Below the pieces are notes generated by a model. It searched no databases. It was not told the DNA's origin and saw nothing but the letters and a program-made list of their open reading frames with translations. Made by a program: the position numbers and the translations under genes. A stretch of DNA of 63,205 nt, the filler included, from Rhabdomonas costata (lineage: Eukaryota): assembly GCA_019059605.1 (NCBI GenBank). It is 44 parts of 44 records of this genome, joined end to end, with 100 filler letters (N's around TTAATTAATTAA, not from the genome) between each part and the next. Parts side by side here need not be neighbours in the genome. Positions count along the whole stretch, not along the records: positions 35,983 to 37,321 come from JAHMHO010018913.1; positions 37,422 to 38,760 come from JAHMHO010018914.1; positions 38,861 to 40,199 come from JAHMHO010018915.1; positions 40,300 to 41,637 come from JAHMHO010018916.1; positions 41,738 to 43,076 come from JAHMHO010018917.1; positions 43,177 to 44,515 come from JAHMHO010018918.1; positions 44,616 to 45,954 come from JAHMHO010018919.1; positions 46,055 to 47,392 come from JAHMHO010018920.1; 36 more parts are not named here. One strand, 5' to 3'. Position 1 is the first letter of the stretch. Every line of letters starts with the position of its first letter. Below are positions 36,902-49,620 of this stretch, piece by piece.

Positions 36902-39231
36902 CTGCCCCACACACGACAAGGAAACCACATCGACGCAATCATCCACCTGGATGGCAGGCAGATGGACAAGGAAAAGGCCCTCCACGAAAGGTGGCTGAGT
37001 GCAGGAAGTTGCCAAGCAAATTGCGACAGTTGCGACGATTAGTTCATAAACTGGGCGAGTGTCGGAATTCAAACCACTGTTACGTTAGCGAGTTCGGTAC
37101 TTTCTGTGGCACTGCCACCTCCGCTGAACTTGACTCTCTGAGTGCCTCAAAGTGGTACCTTTCAATACAATACAATCACTGCAGCGAGTATACTCTGCCG
37201 ATGTCTGGGGCGGCTCAGGCAGAAGCAGCTAGTGGAGCTGCCCCCTGGTGAAATGGTGGGCTACGGATTGCAAGAGGCATGGGCTTCCGTCGCCTTTTGT
37301 ATCCCCACAACAACCACAAACNNNNNNNNNNNNNNNNNNNNNNNNNNNNNNNNNNNNNNNNNNNNTTAATTAATTAANNNNNNNNNNNNNNNNNNNNNNN
37401 NNNNNNNNNNNNNNNNNNNNNGTTGGTGGTTGGGAGACTGCCCGGGGGGAGATGGAGACCATGCTGGTGAAGATGGGCCCTGCCACGGACAGGGGTCCTG
37501 CGAGTAAAATGTGGTGAGAGGGTGACGGGTGTGCACGGGCCATCGTGGGGATGTGCGGGGCTCGGGATGTTGCGGCAGGGTTTTGGAGAGCCCAATGGAT
37601 CGCTTCTTCAAACGAACAAAGGCCCTTCATCTAGACGATCTTCATCTTTATGAAGGCGTGGCTTGCTGTGCGGCGCTAGGGCGCTAGTTCAGGTTGATAT
37701 CTTTCGTTGATAGGGTCGAACTATCTCCGGTCCATGTCCAACGCCGAAGTGAAGTGCGCAATTTGCTAAGTAAGGCACGTCAATTCTTTATTCTTGGTCC
37801 ACTGTGGATTGCGGGGGCGGTTTTTTTTCGGAAACACCCGGTTGGGTTCCCAACACCCCTATGTCCCGAGCAGCTTCTAAGGTTTGTCTGCGCGTGAGTT
37901 CTCCGCATCTTCTGTGATTGCCGGAACTCATGTCTTGCAAGCATTCACGTGAACGGGTCAGCCCTCCATTTGTCATGAGTTTCATTGCTTGTTTGTGTTT
38001 CTGATTTGCCTCCTTACTTCTTGCGCACACCACTTGTTTTACTTGATTTGTTCATAGTTGGATTTGTTTTGTAAGCAATGAAGCTTTTCTGCACTCTACG
38101 ACTTTTATCCCAAGCGCTGCCCTACCTTTTTCTCTTGCGCAAAATTTTCTTTCCCTGCAACGTCTTCACACTGCTTCTGACTGCTGCTGCACCATCGTGC
38201 ACTTTCTGTCATGTCAATAGTTATGGTGTGATTTCTTTTCTTGTGCAACTGTGCAAATGGCCTGACAGCACATCTTACTCTGAATTCGCCCACAGGCTTT
38301 GTGAGGTTTGCGTCTGGCGCTTTGGCTCTGGTGCGTTTTTCTCCCAGCGTTCATGGGCCACTGCTGGCCAGAATGTCGTGTCATGGCGTGGATTACCCCC
38401 AACCTCTAACCTTGACCCAGTCGTTTGCACCCTGGTTTGCGCAAAAAAGAATTGGATGAATGCCTGACGTGTCGCCTGGTTTGGATGCTTTACTTATGAT
38501 TGTATCGGAATTGGAGTGCGATGTTACACTCTGCGGTATCCGCTGCGGAATCGCCAGAAAAAAATCGCCCGAATTCTGTTACACACAAAAAAATCAAAGC
38601 CTGTTTTCAGTTCTCCATATTCCCAGTGTTCATGCCTATATTGCGCATAGTCCTGCGCCTTTCCGGTTTTTGACAGTGTCGTGGATTTCGTCCTGTGTTT
38701 TGTCGTCGCTGTCGTTGATTGTCACACGTTGGTTGATCTTTGTTTTTGTTCGATGGGTTGNNNNNNNNNNNNNNNNNNNNNNNNNNNNNNNNNNNNNNNN
38801 NNNNTTAATTAATTAANNNNNNNNNNNNNNNNNNNNNNNNNNNNNNNNNNNNNNNNNNNNTTGGGGCTGGGAAACCAGTGGCTGGGTGAACTGGAGGGGG
38901 AGGTTGGCGTGCCGTAGAGTTCACTCGAATGCTTGGACAATTTCTTGGACGCAGTGCAGCAGAGGAATGGGTTGTGTTTTTCCGGTGGTTCCTCTCCTGG
39001 CTCGGGTTGCAGTTATTGGTATACAGCACCATTGGATGCAGACTGACTGAACTGTTGGCGATGTGTCCATAAGGCATTCTACCGATCCAGTTTCCACATG
39101 GCCAGGTTGCGCCTGAATAAAAAATTGCGTAAACTGCGCTTCTGGCGCAAGGCGGAAATCCAAGAATATTGTCACTTCAGCTCATCTGAGAGCCGTCATT
39201 TGCTCTTGTGGGATGTTAACGGATGAATTAG

Positions 39232-39837
39232 ATGAGTCGGATACATCGGTGTTTCCCTGTATGTACCTGCTGCATATTGCTTTCAGCATTTCATTTTGTA
39301 GTACGTTTCTACGCTTCGACACGTAAGGCCGCAGAAGACAGCGTGATTCTCGTCACGCCATTAGACTGCCTGGGCTGCTCACGTTCCCGTAGTGACAAGA
39401 TAAACCCAACATCCTGCGTTGCAATGGCGGAGTCTACCCACCCCGCGGCCTTCTCGAGGCACCACTTCACCAAGACTTCCCTCTGCATCCGCATGGAGGA
39501 AGGCTGCGGAGAAGGCCTTACGGAGCTTCAGCTCCCCTTAGAATGTTTGATGGGGGCCACCGTCTTCGGCGATTCCTTATCCTCCGCGCCGTGCGTCAAG
39601 GTGACCTATTTCAGCAGGTCCGCTGATAGTTGTGCTTTCAATCTCGAAGTGGTGTCTATGGAAACCTCACCCTTTCCCCCCGAGTTGTTACTGATTTTAT
39701 GTCTGCAACATCGTTTTATGGAATACCGGTGGTTTTTTCGGGAGAAGGTTCTAGGACCGGCAGCACCCCACCGCACCGCTCAAGACATTCTAAAGGACAT
39801 GATTCGGGAACTTTCCTTTCCCTGTGTCGAGGGATGA
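39232..39837 (+). CDS. Possible hypothetical protein (201-aa ORF)
   Basis: ORF length only; no motif recognised. Confidence 0.25.
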   Translation: MSRIHRCFPVCTCCILLSAFHFVVRFYASTRKAAEDSVILVTPLDCLGCSRSRSDKINPTSCVAMAESTHPAAFSRHHFTKTSLCIRMEEGCGEGLTELQLPLECLMGATVFGDSLSSAPCVKVTYFSRSADSCAFNLEVVSMETSPFPPELLLILCLQHRFMEYRWFFREKVLGPAAPHRTAQDILKDMIRELSFPCVEG

Positions 39838-42800
39838 GGTGAGTGCCAACATCGCCAACTCTTTTGTCATTTTCACAACCAAAAAACGAACCAGAGAAGC
39901 CGTCCAAAGAAAATAGAATTTCTAGGGGTAGTGGTGAAGGGAGGACACATGTAGGGGAATGTCAGTGCCCTCAAACCCCTTTGGTTTCGGTGGAAAACAA
40001 AGAAAGTCAGCGTAGCATAGTTCGCGATCGCCCGTCAGGCAGCTCTGTATCTTCCTCTCTCTTGTAGCCACTCCCCACACCAGACATAAGACAACCTCAG
40101 GAAGAAAACGGAGCTAAGACAACGGAAAGTCCCTCTACCCCTTCGGATGGTGACGGACTATGCCGATGGCCCCGGCAATACGATTCTCTCACAACAACAN
40201 NNNNNNNNNNNNNNNNNNNNNNNNNNNNNNNNNNNNNNNNNNNTTAATTAATTAANNNNNNNNNNNNNNNNNNNNNNNNNNNNNNNNNNNNNNNNNNNNG
40301 TGGTGGGTGTGTTTGGTGTTTGTGGGACGTATTGTTGAAGTTCACTTCCGACGGTTTGGAAATTAGCGACTTCAAAAATAATTTGCTTTGCTGTTCGTCA
40401 AAACGCTGGGAAGGAGGAAGCGGTGGAAGCGGTGACTTGTGTAAACTAGTCCCATCAGAGTCTCAAGCGCTAGGAACCCAAAGACTGCTCCAGTATCAAA
40501 CATATATGAATCACTTCACCACCGAAATCTTATGCATTTCGATGCTGACAGTGGGGATTGGTAAGAAAGAGTCGCCCCTCACTCTGCTTCAGCTGCGTCC
40601 TTGGCAAAGTGAGCCAAAACCATCATGCCTCCTCAACCACTGACCCACACCTGCGAAATGAAATGGCCTGCATAAACGTCTGCAGCAGGGCACGCCCCAA
40701 CGCACGGCATTCTCCCCGCAGTATCTCACCAGAAAGGAGGGGGGAGGTGCAGTTTAAACCCCACCTCGAAACCCCACGTACTTCAGGATGGTGTTTCGCA
40801 GACACCCTATCAGGCGTTTGCTTGGAGGAACGAAAAATGGGAAAGGCATTGCGTTTGCTCTGCTCCGCCTTGTAAAGTTGGGACCCCATAGGAAATACCG
40901 AAAACTGAAAAAAAAAACTGCCGTCATGTTATTTGACAACGAAGACGTCGAGTTGACCGTAACCACAGATTTTAGACGGTGGATGACCAGTTTTTGAGCC
41001 CTGCAATGAGGTCGGAGGGGGAGTCATTTGGGTGAAAAATCGACCGTTCGGACATCAACCCGACTTTTTGTTTTTGAGACCGGGGGTGCAGATAAACCCA
41101 ATTTCTGGACGTTTTGAGCATTTTTGAGGTTAAACCCACCTCAGCAAGCAGAGCAAACGCCTGCAGTCGCAGGCCGCGCCCCGGCGGCAGAGGAGCGTGA
41201 TTATCTTGGAGTAAAGTATGCGCTTCGCTTCTGGGGAAGAACGGGCGAAAAAAAAAGCGCCCTCAAATTAATATGCAAACCTTCCGGGGTTCTCATCAAT
41301 GTGCTTCAGACGAACCCTTCCTCACATACACTTTTTGCAATTAACAAGGAGGCGATATTTTTCTAGGAAGGACTCGAGATCCACTTCCCCCCATCGGCTC
41401 CCAACCTTCGATGGGGCATGGACCAACCGCCGGGCCTCACACCCCGCTCTTGTAACATAGAGCTGGGTTACTTGGGGTGTCCTGGCGTTTTGCGTGCTGG
41501 ACGACCCAACGGACGCCCCAACTCCCTTCCCTCTCCCTTCTCCCCACAACCTAGCGGCGAGGGAGCAGCTCTTCCCACTGCAGTGGTGGACCCATCGCTG
41601 CCCGGGCAGATCCAAGAGCCAGCTGCAAAAAAAACACNNNNNNNNNNNNNNNNNNNNNNNNNNNNNNNNNNNNNNNNNNNNTTAATTAATTAANNNNNNN
41701 NNNNNNNNNNNNNNNNNNNNNNNNNNNNNNNNNNNNNGGGTGGTTGGATACTCATCGCTGTTCACCTTCTAGGTGATCGTGACGGAATGCCGCAGAAACA
41801 GAAACAACCTCTTCGACCGTCGGCTGTCTGCCTTTGAAAGAGCGGCCACCTTCGATGGAGGCTCCCACTTGAACCACTCAGGTGCTCTCTTTCCATTTGT
41901 CGCCATGAGTTGTCTGTTTTGCCACGGGCATCCCAGGAAGCCGAACTTTGTGCGTTATTTGCGCTGTACTGGTGTGCAAAATATTGGCATTGACCAGTGG
42001 GAGGTATACGTGGGTGTTCTTGATCGGTTCCTTTCTCCTTTCCCCTTTTCGTATTTGTCTGGTAGTTGTTTAGATTTCGTTTTCTGCCTTGCTTGTTTCA
42101 CTTTGTCTCCTATCTCGGCCTTCGAGTTGCTCTCGCCAAGTGCAAACTGTGGAGCCCGCAAGGAATGGCACACGACACCCCCGTTCAGACTGGGGCTCGG
42201 TAAAGCCCGTTTTGGGGACCCCATTTCGCTCGGATGCGGCAGCGCAGTGCTTTCGCTGACGAGACTGAGCAAGACCTCCGGTCCACTCCAGATTGCATCC
42301 TGGGAACTGTCTGCCGGATGCCGCGTGGAAGCAGTGCTGTCTTCCCATTCGTCTCGGAGGGTTCGGCATTCAAAGCCCTTCCCACAGTGCCGCCTACTTC
42401 TCTTCGGCTTTGGCCGATTACTCGGGAGCCTTGTCCACGGAAAGTGAATAGTCTCCTCCAACAGCAAACCTATGGTCGTCTGTCCGCATCCTCTGCGACC
42501 AGTTAGTGTCTCCGGAGCTAGTGCAATGGCTGCACCCTCCCTCAGCCGAGTCAGATCGTTAAGGATCAGCTGTTTGCTCAGCACTACTGGGCTGACAAAG
42601 TGCATGTGTTCCTTCAGAAGGAACTTCTCGCAGATCCCCTCTCCGGGACAAGGTGAGACTTCCAAGCTTGGGCAACCGTCATGCAGGTGCGTGGCTGGTG
42701 TGGCTCCAAACACCAACCTCGGGTTCCGTTTTGACAAAGGGAAGTACTTGCTGCTAACTCACTTTCATCTGGGAATTCCGCTTCTCCCAGCTGCAGCGGC

Positions 42801-43176
42801 CGGTACTCCCTGTGATCTTGCGGTCAGCCCCTGGACGTGTTTGGGGATCATCTAGTCGCGTGCGGGGAAGCGACACAACAGCTTTTGCGCAGCTGTCGCA
42901 GAAATTACGGATAAGTTCAGGGTCGGGAACGGCCGGCGGAACTCCTGCTGTCACATTGGACTCGCGGGCGAGATACCGCTGTTGATCCACCATCATACAC
43001 AGCCTGAATCCTCCACACCAGTGGGATACACGCCACCCGGCCGTTGATAAAGCAGAAGCGGCGAAGCACCACAACCNNNNNNNNNNNNNNNNNNNNNNNN
43101 NNNNNNNNNNNNNNNNNNNNTTAATTAATTAANNNNNNNNNNNNNNNNNNNNNNNNNNNNNNNNNNNNNNNNNNNN

Positions 43177-43367
43177 GTGGTGTACTTTAAAGAGCCCTGC
43201 AGCAGCTGCAGCCTGGGGATCTCCGTGGTTCGGTACCGTGCGGACCAGAGTCGCGACTCCGTGGTTTCTGCGGCGGGGCAGTCGCTGCTGCGCTCCTCCA
43301 TCGATGGGCGCTTCACCGCACTGACCTTCCACTTCGGGCAGGGCGGCTCGAGCTACTTCCACTTTGG
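43177..43367 (+). CDS. Hypothetical protein exon
   Basis: GC3-rich frame VYFKEPCSSCSLGISVVRY...ALTFHFGQGGSSYFHFG, with a possible GCAAGC donor. Confidence 0.45.
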
Positions 43368-43489
43368 GCAAGCTCTTTCGGACGATCTTGGGCTTTCGTG
43401 GCAGATCAGCGTTGTGATGTCCGAAACGACCTTGTTTAGGGTTTGTTCCGCCCATTTTGTGCCATACACGTTTCACTCTTTTTTGCCAG

Positions 43490-44400
43490 CTTTTTATTCT
43501 TGAATGTTTTTTCACGGCACTGCGGCAGAGGCACAGTATTTCTTGCAGCGGAGTTGAGCCACGAACAGACAATCCACAAGAAGTAACGCGAAGAGATGTG
43601 AATGGGGTCGACTCCCATGTCGTCCCCGTGGTCAAACCCGATGATGACAACTCCCCGGGTTGTTCTCGGGAGCAGTCCACACCCTGCTCGAACTGACAAG
43701 CAAAGCCCGCGGCTCCTGCAATGTTCACCAGGGCGTCGACAAGCGCCGTGCGTATCTCCCTGGGCGCCACAAGCGAGGCAGATGATTTCAAGAAGGGAAA
43801 CAAGGGGACCCCGAGCCAGCGCCGGCACAAGAGCGGGCACTTGGGGGTGCGCTCAGCCAGGCAGATGCGTGGGGTTGTGCCTGACACTGCCGGCGAAACC
43901 GTTCACGAGGGGGGCTTGGGGCTTGTGTGTCCCAGAGTGTGCGGCGGTGCTGGAAAGCGAGGCTGCTCCAGGTCGACCAGCGTCTGGAAGTGTCACGGTG
44001 AGTCCCAAAAGCCACAGGGAAAAGTGAGTGCGCGGTCCCACCCGACTGCTAATGCTTTATATGTACACAAGACCCCGGAGAGATGTGCTACGGTTCCATG
44101 AAAAAGGATCATTAAGGCCGAGCCCGCCACTGGAAAGGGCTTGCAGGCTTGGGCCCACTGAGCCCGTCTGATATGCGGGAGCCGAGACACTGACAGAGGG
44201 CATCGCGTACTGAGGACGAACAGGTGCGCAAAAGGGATTCGACGAGGGCGAAAGGTATGCAGCGTAAGACAATTTGCCAGCACCTACACAGGAGCGCAGT
44301 AAAATCAAAGCAGTTTGGGGGAACTGCAGCGCAACCAGATGGTCCAAAAACCCGCCAACTTTTTTGAGCTCTAATCCTCGAAATAAGAAGGAGGCCCGAC
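43490..44400 (-). mobile_element. Decayed CRE-clade non-LTR retrotransposon (post-RT region to restriction-like endonuclease region)
   Basis: Ordered, frameshifted motifs ALILLRSCVGAGKLSY, QWAQA..., SGGLGL, QPHASAWLSAPP, RRWLGVPLF and SREQPGE match the LLRxC..KLxY / WxQAxLP..GGLG / HAGAWL / RLGxP / RPGD series of CRE/SLACS-like elements. Confidence 0.75.
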
Positions 44401-44615
44401 ATAAGGACATAGAGCCAAGACCCTGAGAGAGAGAGAGAGGGTGGAGAGGCGATGCAAAAGAGAACCCTAAGGAAAAAGCGAAGCATCTCACCCCCCCACC
44501 AAACACACCCACCACNNNNNNNNNNNNNNNNNNNNNNNNNNNNNNNNNNNNNNNNNNNNTTAATTAATTAANNNNNNNNNNNNNNNNNNNNNNNNNNNNN
44601 NNNNNNNNNNNNNNN

Positions 44616-45953
44616 ATCCAACACCCTGCCCCCCTCTGCGGAAGGTCCGAACACATGAACGGAGGTGGTGCTCGCCGCGGTGGCCGTCCGAAGACCACGC
44701 AGATAAAGCTTGCCCAAATACCATCGTGGAATAGGGAGCAGGGTGTTGGATCTAACACGGCCCACGCCCTCGTCGCTGACGGCAACCACGGTAAATGCGA
44801 CATGGGGGCATTCCCGATGCAGTCGTCGAGCAATCTTTTGAGCGACGTTTATCAGCGCTGTGCCGTCAGCAACGGAACTATCGTAAGAGCGGGTCAAAGT
44901 CCATTTGTGGATTTCAATGGTGTGGTAATGCGTTGCCGGATCAGCCCTGTACAGAGTCTGCCCCGAGACCCAAATTTTGTGCGGGGAAGAGCTTGCACCA
45001 GATAAACCAGTGACAAGGGTCACCCCAGGTGTCCCAACCCCATTTGCAGCTTGTTTTTTGAGATAGAGTCGCTGAGCGTTGGCAGCTGCCTCAAAATTTT
45101 CTGTAATAGCATTTCGAGCATCGCCTTGAATCCGAGGACACCGAACTGAACTTACAGCGGACTTAGTCAAACAAGCCCAGAAGTCGCGCTGCCTAAAAAA
45201 ATCAATTCCTCCAGATCGCACTTCAGGACCCTTAATGGAGGGCACAGGAACAAAAAACCGACCAGATGACCAGCCCGACCTGGATTTCTCGCATACGTTC
45301 AGAATGAGAAAGCGAGGGCGGTCCTCCTCACTCATGTACCACCCAGCACGCCATAGAAAACCGGCAATAAGGTCAGTCGGCAAGCGTCGTTCAGGGGCGG
45401 ATGAACTCCCCACGTTGAACATCACATCCGGAATAATCACAAGCTTCCCACGCAGGTGATCCAGAAGCAGTTTTCCATCCGCTAAGACAGGCAGCGCCGG
45501 GTCAAAGTGCCCGTACCGAGAGATGGAGAACACTTCAAACTCCATCCCCAGAATCTCCTCAAGCAGTCTCTTCCATGACTCAAACACCCCTAGCTCTATC
45601 GCGGTGCTTGTCACCAGAATCGCACGAGACCGAGGATTCGGCACAAAGCCGGGCTCCGCCCGCGCCTCAAACCGCCGACGCTGAACATTGCGCCACTGAC
45701 CACTCCCCGAAATGTCTTCTATCGCGAGAACCGTATTCAGCGCAAACTGACTCATGGCTGGGGCGCCCGAAAGCAAAGTGACCTTCAGAGGAATCTCAAC
45801 GCTGCTCTTTGCCGCAATAACGGGGGTAAGGCACACATATCCTGGAAGCCGCTGGCTTCCCCCATCACACAACCGCTGGGACTCCCCATTCTCTTCCACC
45901 AACGAGTGCACTTGCCCATCCGCCCCTTCCAAAACAACATACTCCACCCCCAC
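44616..45953 (-). CDS. Uninterrupted ~446-aa ORF fragment of an uncharacterised protein
   Basis: Open across the whole contig with globular composition (AEPGFVPNPRSRAILVTS...WKRLLEEILGMEFEVFSISRYGH...LRGKLVIIPD). Confidence 0.8.
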
Positions 45954-47657
45954 CNNNNNNNNNNNNNNNNNNNNNNNNNNNNNNNNNNNNNNNNNNNNTT
46001 AATTAATTAANNNNNNNNNNNNNNNNNNNNNNNNNNNNNNNNNNNNNNNNNNNNGAAGCGTTTGCTGGAAGCGAATACGAGTGAATGAAGTTCTCGGTGG
46101 CCATTTCCTTCAGCCAGATGCCGGTCAGTGGCCTCCGCTTGATGTCGCCTTGGTGTCCGCCGGTGGCATCCTCAATGCCTGGAAAGCCCGGCCTTCATTT
46201 CAGTGCTGCGCAGAACCCACCGGGAGCCATGGAGATCCAGAAAAGTGGTCATGAGAGCAATCTGGTCGCATGAGAGGTCTGAAACGGGCGGCCTTCTTTG
46301 GATTCGGCGCCTTGCATCGAAATGTATTGCGCTTTAGCTGCACGACGACGCTCAATTGTCAGGAGGCTGGAGGTGAGGCGCTGTTTTGGCATGGTAGGCT
46401 ATGTTTCCCAAACCTGTGCGGATAGAGTCGCGCGGCTTCGGCAATTTACGCCCTCAGCAATTGTAAGATTGTTCTTCCGCTGAAGGACCTTTCTCGAATG
46501 CCGACAGAAGAGAAGGAACGTAGACACGAGCGCAGCGAGAGTCGGAGTGACAGAAAGAAGGAACATGAGGACATTGCGCAGCAAGGACGAATGTGAACCG
46601 TGAGCGTAACCGCATCGCGGTGGAGTGAACAATCTGTTGGAGGAATAATTCGAAGGAGCGAGCATGCGACTGTGTTTGTATCCTTCCCTTCGGTCCGCTT
46701 CTCGTCCCTCCACTCTCCTCACTGCTTCACTCCACCACAATAGGGTGCTTACGTGACGCCTCTCTACCATTACACTCTGTAGCGGTTCTGTCGATCACGC
46801 TTACTGGCATTGTACCTTGCGGGGCCCTTCCACTGAGCGCTGCATCGGAGTTACGCATAGCAGCATCGCTCCCTCTTACACTTCTGCCTCAGTGGTGGTA
46901 GAGGCTCGCTGTCACTCCTGGCATGCACTGTGGGTCAGGTGGCATATTCACTGCTTCCACTCCTGATCCTCACGTGGCAGCAGGTCTCAACCACCAGCAT
47001 CGCATAGCCATCATGTCAACATCACCCTTTACACCTTCTACGCTCTCACCTCTGTTACCTCTGGAGGGTGGAAAGAGGATGGATGTTGTATGTCGGCCTC
47101 GGCGGCCTCTGTTACAGAGGGAGTCACCAAGTGACTATGCTGACATCTGGTGTTTGGAGCGGTCCTACTGGTAGCAACGTCGATCCTCACGTACCTCTAT
47201 CACCAATGCTACTACAAGGTGTGTCGCATCAACCACCATGGCATAGGGTGTAGGGAGTGGGTCGAGTGCATCCATGCCATCTGTGGTGCTGTATCATCAT
47301 GTGTGGTGATGCAACCACCAGTGGGTAGGACTGCTGTGACCAACATCAACATCGCTAGTACTACTGCACGTGTGTACCTTAGCAGTGGTTCTNNNNNNNN
47401 NNNNNNNNNNNNNNNNNNNNNNNNNNNNNNNNNNNNTTAATTAATTAANNNNNNNNNNNNNNNNNNNNNNNNNNNNNNNNNNNNNNNNNNNNAAATTATC
47501 TTAACTGAAAATCCCTCGTTTACGTCCTTGTGTAGGTGTAGCAGTGCATTTAACATCCATCCTTACAAATGGGTCGCATGGAACTGTTGCCCCATTTGTA
47601 CCCCAAAAAGGACACCGCAGCATAAAAACCGAAAAGAGCACAAATATCCGACCTTGC

Positions 47658-48693
47658 CTCGTTGCTGTCCGCAGCCACATAAACGAACGCAGGCGCCTTC
47701 TCCTCAGCCACGTCCGCCTCACCCAAGGAGGCGCCCTGCAACTCTGGCAGAACCACCTCCCGCACGCAGCTCACAGCGTCTGCCACGACGTTGTGGGCAG
47801 TACCCCGCTCCTTGTCAAAGGTGATGCCTCTGTCGAACCTCGCGCCAGCTCCGGACATGCCCAGCCGGAGGTGGACCCCAATCGAGGGTCGGGGGTGGCC
47901 CTCATCAGCTCGGTAGCGGTGAAGGCGGGCTACTTCTGCGGCCACCGAGGCACTGGGACGCTGATAAGAGCAGACCCACTCCAGTGGTACAGCACCAACC
48001 TCAAAAAGAAAACAATATAAATTCCTGGAGTACCTAGAGAATCCCGGCCATGGCTATATGAAGGCTATGGGATGGGCTGCGATTCAAAAACGGAGCGTTT
48101 TCAAAATCGAAAAAGCAGCATCTGCATACCCGCACAATGTCGATTTGAAGGAAAAGTTCCGCACTGTCGTAAAAGGCGGGAAAACGGGCTTGGCGGAGTT
48201 TCTGCCCTTCCATTGTTTTTTTCACTTCCATTGTTTTTTGTTCCTAGATACTTTTACAGCCAATTCTTCTTTTGTTTTTTTGTGGGGCAGGAAAAAGCAG
48301 GCGCAAGCAGCCGCAAACCCCTCGACTCGCACCCCCATCGCTGCAGAACGAACACGTGCAGAGCACACCACCAAGTATCTCAGGAGGATGCCCAGGGTGT
48401 CATTTCCAAACGTCTCTTCGATTTGGTCGTGGTGTAGGGGGTTGTCCTGTACACGTGAAACAAGCAAAAAGCGTGAGTAATTGCGGATGTGTCTAGGAGC
48501 GACACAAGATCATTTCTGAACCTCGACGCGTTGTCTAGCGGCCCAACAAGATCAAGGCAACAGTTTCAAAACCCGCCCTCTTTCCAAAAGCATACGGAAC
48601 GAAGGCCAAAAACCTCCGCTTACAAAGTCCCATAAGCATCAACCCACGGTTCCTTGAATTCCAACAAGTTCCCCTTGCAGGAGCCACGCTGAC
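47658..48693 (-). CDS. Fucosyltransferase-like GT-B protein (GT37/GT23/O-FucT clan); exons 48693-48624 (join unresolved), 48446-48369, 47960-47658
   Basis: GILLRYLV|RPSASV...SIGVHLRLG...AFVYVAADSNE matches the YLxxPS, IGVHxR and VYVAxDS GDP-fucose-binding motifs. Confidence 0.78.
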
Positions 48694-49369
48694 CTGCATA
48701 AACTATGTGTGATGGCAACGACACAAGGTCCAGCGAATATCCAGCGTCAAAGGTCCACCAGATGGAACCCCCGCAGAAAATAAAGATGGGGCAGGCAGTG
48801 TGACGGTATAAAGCACAAGATACCAAAACAANNNNNNNNNNNNNNNNNNNNNNNNNNNNNNNNNNNNNNNNNNNNTTAATTAATTAANNNNNNNNNNNNN
48901 NNNNNNNNNNNNNNNNNNNNNNNNNNNNNNNGTGGGCAGGGCATCCCAGGATGACGGTGTGGTGTTGTGAAGTCACTTTAGCTTTTCCGTGGGAGCTCTT
49001 GCGATGAGATGATAGCATGTGCGGTGTGCGATGTGCACCCTTGCAAGTGCGCGTCCATAATAAACAAGAGTGCGGAAGATAGAAAGAGTTCCCTGATATC
49101 TATATGAGCAGTATTGAAGAGCAAGGACCACTGCGAGTCGGGTCCTTGTGCTGCTCTCCATTTCTCGAGAATCCGTTCTGTGTGGTTGTAGCGTGACAGT
49201 CTGTGAGGCTTGCCTTGCATTCGGAAACCGTTGGTTTTGTCAGAGGTCTTCCCTTTTTCTGTGGCTGTTGCTCCGTCGACTCACTAAAACCAAATTAGCA
49301 ACGACGAAGTGATTTGGGTACAAAACTGCCTTCCGACTCGTTTTGTATGGTTAATGACGAATTCCTGCG

Positions 49370-49620
49370 CGCATGCTTTCCTCCTCTCTTTTCCCTTCGC
49401 GGCAGATATTTGTTTTCTGAAATTCCCCCCGTGCTTCTTCTTGCCCCCCTTTCCATTTCCCTTGCGCGCGTGTTCTCCTCGTTTCTTCCCCCCTTTTCTG
49501 CTTTTATCTTTCGTTTTTGCCTTTCTCGCTTTGCCCTGCCTTTCCTTACTTTCTTCCCTTCCTTTCCCCCTCTCCCTTCTCTTTTTTTTCCACCTCTGTC
49601 GTTTTCTTGTCCTCCTTTTT
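49370..49620 (+). promoter_or_regulatory. Long polypyrimidine tract upstream of a GC-rich ORF (ATG at 49633); possible cis- or trans-splice acceptor region
   Basis: About 250 nt of mostly C/T, followed by MEPRAYAPP... with three SA(x)EGW repeats. Confidence 0.4.

Noticed and set aside
37422-37640. GC-rich stretch with a CPGG...PCHGQGSC EGF-like hint
   Set aside because: It is interrupted by stops, with no consistent frame or splice sites.
41773-43074. Long overlapping ORFs on both strands (224 and 260 aa)
   Set aside because: No recognisable motifs or consistent exon structure. It may be a decayed element, but this is unsupported.
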